Below are positions 19,398-29,099 of a stretch of 64,000 bases of DNA, in pieces. Source of the stretch: an uncultured Gemmatimonadales bacterium (lineage in GTDB: Bacteria > Gemmatimonadota > Gemmatimonadetes > Gemmatimonadales > GWC2-71-9); assembly GCA_963695185.1 (NCBI GenBank), contig CAVOGH010000004.1, positions 464,245-528,244 of the forward strand, in the 5' to 3' direction. Each line of letters starts with the position of its first letter. Position 1 is the first letter of the stretch. Made by a program: the position numbers and the translations under genes. The notes under the pieces were generated by a model. That model had not been told where the DNA came from, made no database searches, and worked only from the letters and a program-made list of their open reading frames with translations.

Positions 19398-20704
19398 CCA
19401 CGGGATACCTGCAGGACTACGAGAAATTCTCCAAGAACGGTGGCACCCGGGCGCCCTGGCTGCAGGGTCTCCGCCAGGCCGGGCTCGAGGGGTTCCAGCG
19501 TGCCGGGTTCCCCAGCAGCAAGGACGAGGACTGGCGCTTCAACGATCTGGCGCCGCTGACCAGCCGCGAGTTCCGCCTGGCAGCGCAGGACGTCAGCGGC
19601 CCGGCGGCGGAGCAGGTGGCCCCGTTCCTGTTCGCCATCCCCGGGGTGCGGACTCTGGTGTTCGTCAATGGCCGCTATGCGCCCGGACTTTCCACCCGGG
19701 GCGAACTGCCGGCCGGCGTCGTCGTGCGCAATCTCGCCGGCGCGCTCGGCGCGGAGGCGGCGACGGTGGAACGGCACCTGGGCCGCTACGCGAGCCCGGC
19801 GGCGGGCGGCTTCACCGCCCTGAACACCGCCTTCGTGCGGGATGGCCTCTTCGTACACGTGGCGGCGGGCGTGGATGCCGGCGCGCCGATCCACGCGGTG
19901 TTCGTGTCCGATGGCCGGGCCGAGGGCGCGGTGACCTACCCGCGCAACCTGCTGGTGGTGGAGCAGGGGGCCCGGGCCGCCGTGCTGGAGAGCTATGTCG
20001 GGTTGGGGGAGGAGACGTACTTCACCAACGCGGTCACCGAGGCGGTGATTGGCGACGGTGCGCGCCTGGAGCACACCAAGATCCAGCGTGAGAGCAACCA
20101 GGCTTTCCACGTGGGCACCACGCACATGCAGCACGGGCGTGACAGCCGGGGCGCGTCGTTCTCCGTGAGCTTCGGGGCGGCGCTGTGCCGCAACAACCTC
20201 GACGTGGTGCTCGATGGCCCGGGCATCGAGGCCGAGATGCTGGGTCTCTACACCGGGCGCGGCCGGCAGGAAGTGGACAACCACACCAGCCTGCTCCACG
20301 CCCACCCGAACTGCTCCACCCGCGAGGTCTACAAGGGAATCCTGGACGACCGGGCGCACGGGGTCTTCAACGGGAAGATCTACGTTACGCCCATCGCCCA
20401 GAAGACCGACGCCAAGCAGACCAACCGGGCCCTGCTGCTGTCCGATCAGGCCCGTATCGACACCAAGCCCCAGCTGGAGATCTTCGCGGACGACGTCAAG
20501 TGCACCCACGGCGCCACGGTGGGCGCCCTCGACCAGACCGCCGCGTTCTACCTCAAGAGCCGCGGGATCGGGGGGGTGCTGGCCCGGAAGATCCTCACCT
20601 ACGCCTTTGCCGCCGAGGTGCTCGAAGAGATTCCCTACGAGGCGGTGCGCGACGGGCTCGAGGGAATCGTGATGCGGCAGCTCGACGAACGGTACGGGGG
20701 ATGA
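19394..20704 (+). CDS. sufD: Fe-S cluster assembly protein SufD
   Basis: GTG 19394 overlaps the sufC stop (GTGA). C-terminus has ADDVKCTHGATVG and YLxSRGI SufD blocks. Confidence 0.9.
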
Positions 20705-21966
20705 CCGCCCAGGGGCTTCAGCCGCAGCTGGCCCGCGCGGATGCCCTGGCATTCGACGTGCGGGCGCTGCGCCGTGAGTTCCCGATCCTCCGGACGGAGA
20801 TCCGGGGCAGGCGCCTGGCCTACCTCGACAACGCCGCAACGTCCCAGAAGCCGCGGACCGTGGTGGAGGCAGAATCGGATTTCGTGCTGCTCGCCAACGC
20901 CAATGTGCATCGCGGCGTCCATACCCTGAGCCAGCGCGCCACCGACCTCTACGACCAGGCCCGGGTGGAGATCCGGCGATTCATCAACGCCCCCGATGCC
21001 GCCGAGGTCATCTTCACCTCCGGCACGACCGGAGCGCTCAACCTGGTAGCCCAGGCCTACGCCCGCCCGCTGCTCCAGCCCGGAGACGAGGTTCTCCTGA
21101 CCGAGATGGAGCATCACTCCAACATCGTCCCCTGGCAGCTGGTGGCCCGGCAGACGGGCGCCGTCATCCGGGTCATCCCGGTCTCCGATACGGGAGAACT
21201 GGACCTGGCCGCCGCCGCTCAGCTCATCACCGCCCGGACGAGGGTGGTGGCGGTGGCCCACGTCTCCAACGTGCTCGGGACGGTGAATCCGGTGGCCCAC
21301 CTCGCGCAGCTGGCCCATCGCCAGGGGGCCGTGCTGGTGGTGGATGGTGCGCAGTCGGTGGCTCACCTGTGGGTCGATGTGCAGGCGCTTGGCTGTGACT
21401 TCTTCGCCGCGTCCGCGCACAAGATGTATGGGCCCACGGGCGTCGGGTTCCTGTGGGGCCGGAAGCCACTCCTGGACGCCATGCCGCCGTGGCAGGGCGG
21501 GGGTGGCATGATCCAGCAGGTGACCTTCGAGGAGACCACCTACGCGCCGGTGCCCACCCGGTTTGAGGCGGGGACACCGCCTATCAGCCAGGTGCTGGGG
21601 ATGGCTGAAGCCGCGCGCTGGATCAGGCAGCTCGACTGGGCCCGGGTGGAGGCCCACGAGGCCACCCTGCTGGAATACGCCACCGCGCAGGTCTCGGCGC
21701 GGCCGGGCGTCCGGCTCATCGGCACTGCGCGGGAGAAGGTGAGCGTCCTCTCGTTCGTGGTGGACGGCGTGCATCCCCACGACGTGGGCACAGTGCTGGA
21801 CCTGCACGGGGTGGCGGTCCGCGCCAGCCACCACTGCGCCCAGCCGCTCATGCGCCGCTACGGCATTCCCGGGACGGTCCGGGCCTCCTTCGCGGCGTAC
21901 AACACCACCGAAGACGTCGAGCAGCTGGTCGAGGGCCTGGTGGAAGTGGGCAAGGTGTTCGGATGA
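20701..21966 (+). CDS. sufS: Cysteine desulfurase SufS (class V aminotransferase, group II)
   Basis: ATG 20701 overlaps the sufD stop. YLDNAATSQKP, SAHKMYGPTG (PLP lysine) and RASHHCAQP (catalytic Cys loop). Confidence 0.95.
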   Translation: MTAQGLQPQLARADALAFDVRALRREFPILRTEIRGRRLAYLDNAATSQKPRTVVEAESDFVLLANANVHRGVHTLSQRATDLYDQARVEIRRFINAPDAAEVIFTSGTTGALNLVAQAYARPLLQPGDEVLLTEMEHHSNIVPWQLVARQTGAVIRVIPVSDTGELDLAAAAQLITARTRVVAVAHVSNVLGTVNPVAHLAQLAHRQGAVLVVDGAQSVAHLWVDVQALGCDFFAASAHKMYGPTGVGFLWGRKPLLDAMPPWQGGGGMIQQVTFEETTYAPVPTRFEAGTPPISQVLGMAEAARWIRQLDWARVEAHEATLLEYATAQVSARPGVRLIGTAREKVSVLSFVVDGVHPHDVGTVLDLHGVAVRASHHCAQPLMRRYGIPGTVRASFAAYNTTEDVEQLVEGLVEVGKVFG

Positions 21967-22412
21967 GCAGCGCGAGCGAACTCTACCAGAGCATCATCCT
22001 GGACCATAACCGGGCGCCGCGGAACTTCCGTGAACTCCCGGACGCGTCGGGCAGCGCGGAGGGCTACAACCCTCTCTGCGGCGACCAGCTGAAGGTCTGG
22101 ATCACCCTCGACGGGGACCGGATCAGCGAGGTCACCTTTCAGGGGTCGGGCTGTGCCATCTCCAAGGCCTCGGCGTCGCTGATGACCACCGTGGTGAAGG
22201 GGAAGACCATCGCCGAAGCCGGCAAGGTCTTCGAGAGCTTCCACCGGATGGTGACCGGGCACGGTGGGCCGGTGGACGACCTGCCCGCCAAACTCGCAGT
22301 CTTCTCCGGGGTGCGGGAGTTCCCGGCCCGGGTCAAGTGCGCCAGCCTGGCCTGGCATGCCCTGCGCAATGCACTGACCCAGGGGGAGGGCGCCCGGGTG
22401 AGCACGGAATAG
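21963..22412 (+). CDS. sufU: SufU (NifU/IscU-like sulfur acceptor)
   Basis: NPLCGD, GSGCAIS and RVKCASLAW are the three conserved Cys motifs. ATGA overlap with sufS. Confidence 0.9.
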   Translation: MSSASELYQSIILDHNRAPRNFRELPDASGSAEGYNPLCGDQLKVWITLDGDRISEVTFQGSGCAISKASASLMTTVVKGKTIAEAGKVFESFHRMVTGHGGPVDDLPAKLAVFSGVREFPARVKCASLAWHALRNALTQGEGARVSTE

Positions 22413-22489
22413 CAGTGAAGGGAGCGGAGGGACCGTCTCCGTGACGCGGCAGGTTGCAATGCACACACCGAACCTACAAGGAAGAAGCG

Positions 22490-22921
22490 ATGCCTTACGA
22501 TCCCCGACTTGTTCAGCCGATGCGCGACGAAATGGTGCGCATGGGCGCCCGGGAACTGACCACGGTCGCCGAGGTGGATGCGGCCCTGGGAGACCAGCGC
22601 GGCACCACCCTGGTGATGGTCAACTCGGTCTGCGGTTGCGCCGCCGGCAGCGCCCGGCCCGGCTTGGCCGCGGCCCTCACGCATGAGAACCGGCCCCAGC
22701 AGGTGGTGACCGTCTTCGCCGGGCAGGACACCGACGCTACCGCGCGGGCCCGGCAGTACTTCGCCGACTACGCCTCCAGCAGCCCCTCCCTGGCGCTGTT
22801 CCGGGACGGGGAGGTCGTGCATTTCGTGCACCGGCACATGATCGAAGGCCGCTCGCCCCAGGATCTCGCCAGGGACTTGGCCACTGCCTTCGACAAGCAC
22901 TGCGCCACGAGCGGCGTGTGA
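22490..22921 (+). CDS. Bacilliredoxin (BrxA/BrxB, YphP/YqiW DUF1094 family)
   Basis: ATG 22490 follows AAGGAAG. The VNSVCGCAAG CGC redox motif and length (143 aa) fit the family. Confidence 0.75.
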   Translation: MPYDPRLVQPMRDEMVRMGARELTTVAEVDAALGDQRGTTLVMVNSVCGCAAGSARPGLAAALTHENRPQQVVTVFAGQDTDATARARQYFADYASSSPSLALFRDGEVVHFVHRHMIEGRSPQDLARDLATAFDKHCATSGV

Positions 22922-23202
22922 CCGGTCACGTGTTCCATCCCGGCCACGCAGAACTGCACGGCGTGACGGTCGTGGTCGAGACACTGAGTGAAGTGTTGTA
23001 TGTGGGCCGGTACCACGAGATGACACCGAAGGGCCTGCTGCTGCACGACGCCGCCGAGCACCGCCCGGACGGGGACAAGATCAGCCGGGAGGAGTTCATG
23101 GCCCGCACCCTCAAGTTCGGGGTGCGGGCGGACCACCGGAACCTGGTGCTGCCGGCCGGTGAGGTCCGCCGGATCACCAGACTGGTGGAGTGGCCGGCCT
23201 GA
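22918..23202 (+). CDS. Hypothetical small protein (94 aa) coupled to the bacilliredoxin gene
   Basis: GTG start overlaps the preceding stop (GTGA). GC-rich third positions. No motif recognised. Confidence 0.5.
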   Translation: MTGHVFHPGHAELHGVTVVVETLSEVLYVGRYHEMTPKGLLLHDAAEHRPDGDKISREEFMARTLKFGVRADHRNLVLPAGEVRRITRLVEWPA

Positions 23203-23205
23203 GGC

Positions 23206-23421
23206 TCAGGGCCAGACCTGCTCGCCGGACTCGTCTATCAGGGTGATGGCGTCCACTGGACAGGCCTTGGCCGCGGTCAGGATGCGCTTGTCCTTGGCGC
23301 CCTCCGGATCCAGCACCACGCAGAGCTCTTCGTCGTCCAGCTCGAAGACCTCCGGGGCCAGCGATACACACTCCGCATTGCTGGCGCACAAGTCCCTGTT
23401 GACGCTGATAGAGTAGGGCAT
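23206..23421 (-). CDS. Small single-cluster ferredoxin
   Basis: MPYSISVNRDLCASNAECVSLAPEVFELDD...AAKACPVDAI has a Cx5C...CP pattern, as in 3Fe-4S/4Fe-4S Fdx proteins. Confidence 0.8.
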   Translation of the reverse strand: MPYSISVNRDLCASNAECVSLAPEVFELDDEELCVVLDPEGAKDKRILTAAKACPVDAITLIDESGEQVWP

Positions 23422-23620
23422 CAGGCCATATTATAGGAACATGATATCCGGCAGGCCAGAGCCCGGGTTCGCCGCCCCCCCGGATCCCCTGTCCCGCGGG
23501 CGGAGGTCCACTCAGCCAATCCGACGACTCCGGTACCCTTCTGTCTACCCTCCCCAGCGCCCTCCGAAACAGCCGCGACGGCGCGGGCGTATGGGACCGC
23601 CGACTCTCCCCAGGACACCC

Positions 23621-24571
23621 ATGACGACCAACGTCATTGCCGTGGACCGTATCACCAAGCGGTACTCCGGCCACACCGCCGTCCGGAGCCTGTCGCTGAC
23701 CGTCCCGAAGGGCGGAATCTTCGGGCTCCTTGGGCCCAATGGCGCCGGGAAGACCACCACGATCCGTATGCTCCTGAGCATCATCGTCCCGGATGAGGGT
23801 TCGGTCACCCTGTTCGGGGAGGCCGGCAGCGGCCGGGATTTCTCGGCGCGGATCGGGTACCTGCCGGAGGAGCGCGGCCTCTATCCCAAGATGCGGGTGC
23901 TGGACCAACTGGCCTTTCTGGGGGAGGCCAAGGGGCTTTCCCGCTGGGACGCCCGCAAGCGCTCCCAGCTCTGGCTGGAGCGGCTGGGGCTGGGCGACTG
24001 GAGCAGCCGGAAGGTCTCCGACCTGTCCAAGGGGATGCAGCAGAAGGTCCAGTTCGCCGGCGCCCTGCAGCACGACCCGGAGCTGATCATTCTCGACGAA
24101 CCCTTCAGCGGGCTCGATCCGGTCAACAGCCAGGCGATGCGCGACATCGTGGTTGAGGTGGCGCGGAGCGGGCGCACGGTGCTCTTCTCCACCCACATCA
24201 TGGAGCAGGCGGAGAAGATGTGCGATCGCATCGCGATCATTGCCCGGGGGGAGAAGATCGTCGATGGCTCCCTCGCCGAGATCAAGGCCGAGGCTGGAAA
24301 GAGCCATGTGGCCCTGAGCTTCACCCGCAATGCGCAGGCCGCCAAGGCGATTCTGAACGATCGGACGCTGATCGCCAGCTTCGACGATGCCGGGGCCAGC
24401 GCCGAGGCGGAGCTGGCCCGGGACGCTGACCCGGAGCGGCTCCTCAAGGCGCTGGTGCAGGCCGACGTGGGGCTGTCCCGGTTCGAAGTGGTCGAGCCCT
24501 CCCTGCAGTCGATCTTCATTGCCAAGGTCGGGGCCGATGCCGCGCGCCCAGCAGCCCGCCAGGAGGCCTAG
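23621..24571 (+). CDS. ABC transporter ATP-binding protein (ABC-2/NatA-like)
   Basis: ATG 23621. Walker A GPNGAGKTT, signature LSKGMQQK and Walker B LIILDEPFSGLD. Confidence 0.9.
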   Translation: MTTNVIAVDRITKRYSGHTAVRSLSLTVPKGGIFGLLGPNGAGKTTTIRMLLSIIVPDEGSVTLFGEAGSGRDFSARIGYLPEERGLYPKMRVLDQLAFLGEAKGLSRWDARKRSQLWLERLGLGDWSSRKVSDLSKGMQQKVQFAGALQHDPELIILDEPFSGLDPVNSQAMRDIVVEVARSGRTVLFSTHIMEQAEKMCDRIAIIARGEKIVDGSLAEIKAEAGKSHVALSFTRNAQAAKAILNDRTLIASFDDAGASAEAELARDADPERLLKALVQADVGLSRFEVVEPSLQSIFIAKVGADAARPAARQEA

Positions 24572-25885
24572 GTGAACAAGGTCCTTGCCGTCATTCGGCG
24601 CGAGTTCATCGAACGGGTCCGGACCAAGTCTTTCCTGATCGGGACCTTCCTGTTCCCGCTGCTGCTGGGACTGTTCGGATACCTGCCGGCTCTCCTCGCC
24701 AAGCGGGAGACCAGCAGCAAGCGGATCGTGGTCCTCGATGCCGCCAGCGGCGCGATCGGCGACAGCGTGTCGGCGCTCCTGAGTCGGGACTCCATTGGGG
24801 AAGGTGAGGCCAGGCGGGTGCGCTTCCTCGTCACCCATGTCCGGGTGGGAGATCGTGAACCCGAGCTTCGGGATTCGCTGGTCGCCCGGATCGGTCTCCA
24901 GGATGGGCCCGTGGATGCCCCGAGCGGAGTGCTGAGCCTGACCGATGAGGCGGTAGAGACCGGTCGGGTCCGCTACCTCGGCTCCAACGTCGGCAGCTTC
25001 CGTGACATGGGGGCGATCGAACGGCTCGTCGGCCCGGCGCTCCGGCAGGAACGGCTGCTCCGCAAGAACGCCGACGCCGCGATCATCGAGGCCGCCAACG
25101 TGCGGCTCGACCTCGCCACCAGCAAGGTCACCGACGGCAAGATCACCGGGGAGAGCGGCGAGCAGACCTTCTTTCTGGCCTACTTCGTCAATCTGTTGAT
25201 GTATCTGGTGCTGCTGCTGTACGGCATTCAGGTCATGAGTGCGGTCATCGAGGAGAAGACCAACCGGATCGTGGAGGTGCTGATTTCCAGTCTCACCCCC
25301 TTCCAGATGCTGCTGGGAAAGGTGATCGGCGTCGGGGCGGTGGGGCTGGTTCAGGTCGGGATCTGGGGTGCGGCGGCCTTCTTTGTGACCAGCGTGATGG
25401 GTGGAAACGCCACCCCGCAGACGACCGGACTGGACGGCGCCTCCGGGGTGTCGCTGCCCACCATCTCCGCGGGCCTGGTGGCGGTGATCCTGGTTTTCTT
25501 CCTGCTCGGGTACTTCCTGTATTCCGCCCTGTACGCGGCGGTCGGGGCCATGTGCAACACCCAGCAGGAGGCCCAGCAGGCCAACACGCCGGTGACGATG
25601 TGCATCGCCGTCGGGATGGTCGCGGTCTTCGCCCTGATGAACGATCCCGGGAGCGGCCTGGCGAAGGTGTTCAGCTTCATCCCGCTGTTTGCCCCCATGG
25701 TCGTTCCGGTGCGCTATGCCCTCTCGCCTTTGCCACTAGGGGAGGTGCTCGCCTCGGTTGCGGCGATGGTCGTCGGGATCCTCGTGGTCGTCGCCATCGC
25801 GGCCCGGATCTACCGCGTGGGGATCCTCTCCTACGGGAAGCGCCCCAGCATGAAGGAGCTGTGGCGCTGGGTCCGTACCGCCTAG
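24572..25885 (+). CDS. ABC-2 type transporter permease (NatB-like)
   Basis: GTG directly after the ATPase stop. N-terminal TM helix, a large loop, then 5 C-terminal TM helices. Confidence 0.8.
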   Translation: MNKVLAVIRREFIERVRTKSFLIGTFLFPLLLGLFGYLPALLAKRETSSKRIVVLDAASGAIGDSVSALLSRDSIGEGEARRVRFLVTHVRVGDREPELRDSLVARIGLQDGPVDAPSGVLSLTDEAVETGRVRYLGSNVGSFRDMGAIERLVGPALRQERLLRKNADAAIIEAANVRLDLATSKVTDGKITGESGEQTFFLAYFVNLLMYLVLLLYGIQVMSAVIEEKTNRIVEVLISSLTPFQMLLGKVIGVGAVGLVQVGIWGAAAFFVTSVMGGNATPQTTGLDGASGVSLPTISAGLVAVILVFFLLGYFLYSALYAAVGAMCNTQQEAQQANTPVTMCIAVGMVAVFALMNDPGSGLAKVFSFIPLFAPMVVPVRYALSPLPLGEVLASVAAMVVGILVVVAIAARIYRVGILSYGKRPSMKELWRWVRTA

Positions 25886-25940
25886 CGGTCGGCGGCGGTG
25901 GGTGGCTGGGCCGCCAGCCCTCGGCTGCCCCACATACCGG

Positions 25941-26846
25941 TCAAACGGCCAGGCTGCCTTCCGTCATTCGAACCGCCCGGCCTCCCACCCGCACCGCGGT
26001 CGTGCGACCCCCCGCCACGTCCGCCTCCACGTGCAGGAGGCTGGGCCGCCCCATCTCCACCCCCTGTTCCACCAGCCAGCGGACGGTCCCATCGGAGGGC
26101 CGTTCCTCCGCCGTCAGGTAGCCCGCCAGGGCCGCCGCCGCGCCGCCGGTGGCCGGGTCCTCCACTATACCCATCGCGGGAGCGAACATCCGGGCGCGGA
26201 GATCGGCGCCGGGCATCTCGGCATCCCGGCAGAAGAGGAACACCGAGGGCGCCCAGAAGCTGGCGAGTCCCGCGGCCCAGAGAACCGTGTCCATGCGGGC
26301 CCGCGCCAGGGCCCCGCGATCGCGGACCGGAACGAAGAGAAATGGCACGCCGCTCGAATAGGCGCGCGGGCCGAGACCCGACGCGAGGATCTCGCCGCTC
26401 GTCAGGCCGAGCAGTCGGGCCAGCTCGGATGCCGGCGGTGGGGGCGGGCCCTCCTCTGGCGGCAGCGCCGCCGTGAGCTGTGCGAACAGGCCTCCCGCCT
26501 CCTGGCGGACCGATATCGGAACGGGTCCGACCTGCTCATCCATGACGAAGCGGCTTTCCGGGCTGGCCGGGGGTGCAATGCCCAACTGCACCAACAGGAC
26601 CGCGGTGCCGATGGTCGGATGTCCGGCGAACGGAATCTCGACGCTGGGCGTGAAGATTCTGAGCCGGCACAGGGAGCCCGGGCCACTCGGCGGATACACG
26701 AAGACGCTCTCCGAGAGGTTGAACTCCCGGGCGATCTGCTGCATGCGCGCGGTGGACAGCACGCCCGGGTCGGGAAAGACCGCGACCTGGTTGCCGCCGA
26801 AGGGCCGGTCGGTGAAGACGTCGAGGGTGTAGAAACGAATGGCCAT
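25941..26846 (-). CDS. PhzF-family isomerase-like protein
   Basis: [20 protein letters not shown]...[19 protein letters not shown] are hallmark PhzF blocks. Confidence 0.9.
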   Translation of the reverse strand: MAIRFYTLDVFTDRPFGGNQVAVFPDPGVLSTARMQQIAREFNLSESVFVYPPSGPGSLCRLRIFTPSVEIPFAGHPTIGTAVLLVQLGIAPPASPESRFVMDEQVGPVPISVRQEAGGLFAQLTAALPPEEGPPPPPASELARLLGLTSGEILASGLGPRAYSSGVPFLFVPVRDRGALARARMDTVLWAAGLASFWAPSVFLFCRDAEMPGADLRARMFAPAMGIVEDPATGGAAAALAGYLTAEERPSDGTVRWLVEQGVEMGRPSLLHVEADVAGGRTTAVRVGGRAVRMTEGSLAV

Positions 26847-26863
26847 GGAACCGGGCGGTTGGC

Positions 26864-26877
26864 GGGGGGGGGGGGGG
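26864..26877. repeat. G14 homopolymer in the divergent phzF / mnmG intergenic region
   Basis: Read directly: ggc-GGGGGGGGGGGGGG-aga. It starts 18 nt upstream of the phzF ATG (minus strand) and lies ~107 nt upstream of mnmG. Confidence 0.9.
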
Positions 26878-26983
26878 AGAGCCGGAACCTCCAGGATTCA
26901 AGATAGGTCTGCTCGAAGGAGGCGACAGGCACCAGGGCGCTCGCGACTGTCGCCGCCGCACCTCGACCCCTATTTTCCCGGCC

Positions 26984-28858
26984 ATGGAGCGATACGATGT
27001 CATCGTGATTGGCGGAGGGCACGCAGGGGCCGAGGCGGCGCGGATCGCCGCGCGGCTGGGCGCCCGGACGATGCTGCTGACCCAGCGGCTCGATACCATC
27101 GGCCAGATGTCCTGCAACCCCGCCATCGGCGGGATTGCCAAGGGCACCGTGGTCCGGGAGGTGGACGCACTGGGCGGGCTCATGGGGCGAGCCACCGATC
27201 GCGCGTCGGTGCACTTCCGGATGCTCAACCGGTCGAAGGGACCCGCCGTCTGGTCTCCGCGGGCTCAGTGCGATCGAGTGCTTTACCGGCAGGCGGTGCG
27301 CGCGCTGCTCGAAGGCGAGCCCAACCTCAGCGTGTGCGAAGGTACCGCGTCGAACCTCACCCTCTCGGGCGGACGAGTGGACACGGTTCATACGGAGGAT
27401 GGTCGGAGATTCGCCGCGGTGGTCGTGGTCCTCACCGCCGGCACCTTTCTGCGAGGGCGGATTCACGTCGGTCTCGAAGTCGGCGTGCCAGCCGGACGGG
27501 CGGGTGAATTACCAGCAGATAAACTATCGCAAACGCTTGTAGAACAAGGACTTACATTAGAACGCTTCAAGACTGGCACCCCGCCAAGAATCGCCGGGGA
27601 GAGCGTCGATCTTTCCCGTTTGGCTCGGCAGGAGAGTGAGGAGGCCCGGTACTGGTTTTCCTTCCATGAACGGGCGGCCGAGCTGCCCCGACTCACCTGC
27701 TATCTGACCTGGGCTGGCCCGGAGGTCCGGGCCGTCATCGAAGCACATCTGGACCAGTCGGCGCTGTATGGCGGGGCGATAAGCTCTCGGGGACCTCGGT
27801 ACTGTCCGTCCATCGAGGACAAGATTGTCAAGTTCGCGGACGCGGAACGGCATCAGGTTTTTCTGGAACCGGAGGGGCTGGGAACCAGCGAGATGTATGT
27901 GAACGGCCTCTCGACTTCGCTGCCCGCGGCGGTGCAGCTGCAGATGCTCCGTGCAGTCCCGGGGCTGGAGCGGGTGGAGATGACTCGACCGGGCTATGCG
28001 ATCGAGTACGACTATTTCCCGCCCACTCAGCTGCGACCGACGCTGGAGACCCGAGCTGTTCCTGGGCTCTTTCTGGCCGGTCAAGTCAACGGTACGACCG
28101 GTTACGAGGAGGCGGCGGGGCAGGGAATCCTGGCGGGAATCAACGCCGCGAGTGCCGCGCTGGGCCGAGAGGCGACGGTTCTTCGCCGGGACGAAGCCAT
28201 GATCGGCGTCCTGATAGACGACTTGGTGACCCGCGGTGTCGATGAGCCGTATCGGCTGTTCACCTCGCGGGCGGAGTACCGTCTCTTGCTCCGCCAGGAT
28301 AACGCGCTTCGGCGGCTGCTTCCCCATGCGGAGCGTCTCGGTTGCCTCACCGCCTCGGAGCAGCGTTCAGCGGGGGAGCGGCTCGCGCGGGAGGAGGCGG
28401 TGAGGCGGTTTGCTGAGGAGACCGCAGCCGCGCCGGCGTCGGTGAATGACCTCCTGACTCGGGCCGGCGGAAGCGCCCTGACCGCGCCGGCCCGGATCAG
28501 TCAGCTCGCTCGTCGCCCCGGCGTGCAGCTGGCGGCGCTGCTTGCCGCCACCGGATTCCCCGGGAAGATGGAGGATGCCGGGTGGGCGGAGGTGGAGCTC
28601 AAGTATGATGGCTACCTGGAGCGGGAGCGGGAGGCGGTGTCGCGCCTCCAATCCATGGGGGAATTTCAGCTTCCGCCAGATCTTCCCTACCGGACCTTCG
28701 GGTCGATCTCCTTCGAGGCCCGGGAGAAGTTTGCGCGCCTCGTGCCCGAAGACCTGGGCAGGGCTGGGCGAATCCCCGGCGTGACGCCCAGTGACATGCA
28801 GAACCTGGTCTCCGAAGTCATCAAGTGGCGCCGGAACCGGGAGAGCTGCATGGCGTAG
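26984..28858 (+). CDS. mnmG: tRNA uridine-5-carboxymethylaminomethyl modification enzyme MnmG (GidA)
   Basis: [35 protein letters not shown] and [13 protein letters not shown] blocks; 624 aa. Confidence 0.95.
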   Translation: MERYDVIVIGGGHAGAEAARIAARLGARTMLLTQRLDTIGQMSCNPAIGGIAKGTVVREVDALGGLMGRATDRASVHFRMLNRSKGPAVWSPRAQCDRVLYRQAVRALLEGEPNLSVCEGTASNLTLSGGRVDTVHTEDGRRFAAVVVVLTAGTFLRGRIHVGLEVGVPAGRAGELPADKLSQTLVEQGLTLERFKTGTPPRIAGESVDLSRLARQESEEARYWFSFHERAAELPRLTCYLTWAGPEVRAVIEAHLDQSALYGGAISSRGPRYCPSIEDKIVKFADAERHQVFLEPEGLGTSEMYVNGLSTSLPAAVQLQMLRAVPGLERVEMTRPGYAIEYDYFPPTQLRPTLETRAVPGLFLAGQVNGTTGYEEAAGQGILAGINAASAALGREATVLRRDEAMIGVLIDDLVTRGVDEPYRLFTSRAEYRLLLRQDNALRRLLPHAERLGCLTASEQRSAGERLAREEAVRRFAEETAAAPASVNDLLTRAGGSALTAPARISQLARRPGVQLAALLAATGFPGKMEDAGWAEVELKYDGYLEREREAVSRLQSMGEFQLPPDLPYRTFGSISFEAREKFARLVPEDLGRAGRIPGVTPSDMQNLVSEVIKWRRNRESCMA

Positions 28859-28862
28859 CCGA

Positions 28863-28878
28863 CGTTTCACGTGCAACA
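28863..28878. other. parS: parS centromere-like site (inverted copy)
   Basis: CGTTTCACGTGCAACA. Its reverse complement TGTTGCACGTGAAACG matches TGTTNCACGTGAAACA at every specified position except the last base. Confidence 0.8.
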
Positions 28879-28885
28879 TTTTCTT

Positions 28886-28912
28886 GGCGGCCAGCTTCCG
28901 GGGCCGCTTTTT
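28886..28912 (+). terminator. Intrinsic terminator of mnmG
   Basis: GGCGGCC-agcttccg-GGGCCGC followed by TTTTT, located between the two parS sites. Confidence 0.6.
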
Positions 28913-28918
28913 CACGCC

Positions 28919-28934
28919 TGTTGCACGTGAAACA
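28919..28934. other. parS: parS centromere-like site (consensus copy)
   Basis: TGTTGCACGTGAAACA matches the TGTTNCACGTGAAACA consensus at every specified position. Lies 166 nt upstream of parA. Confidence 0.85.
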
Positions 28935-29099
28935 CCGCCCTGGACCGGCTTGCGTCGGGAAACCAACCTCCTTGCACCGAGTGATTGTTTCGCTGGGATC
29001 GAAAGCACCTTATATTCGTTGACCCGCACACTCCGGGACGGAAAGACCAGTGGTATTTCTCATCTAGTCGTGTAACTCCTTGTAAAATAAAGTGTTATA

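Noticed and set aside
25898-26906. Pro/Arg-rich ORFs on the plus strand (25898..26476 and 25902..26906).
   Set aside because: They are antisense to the strongly supported PhzF-family gene and have low-complexity composition.
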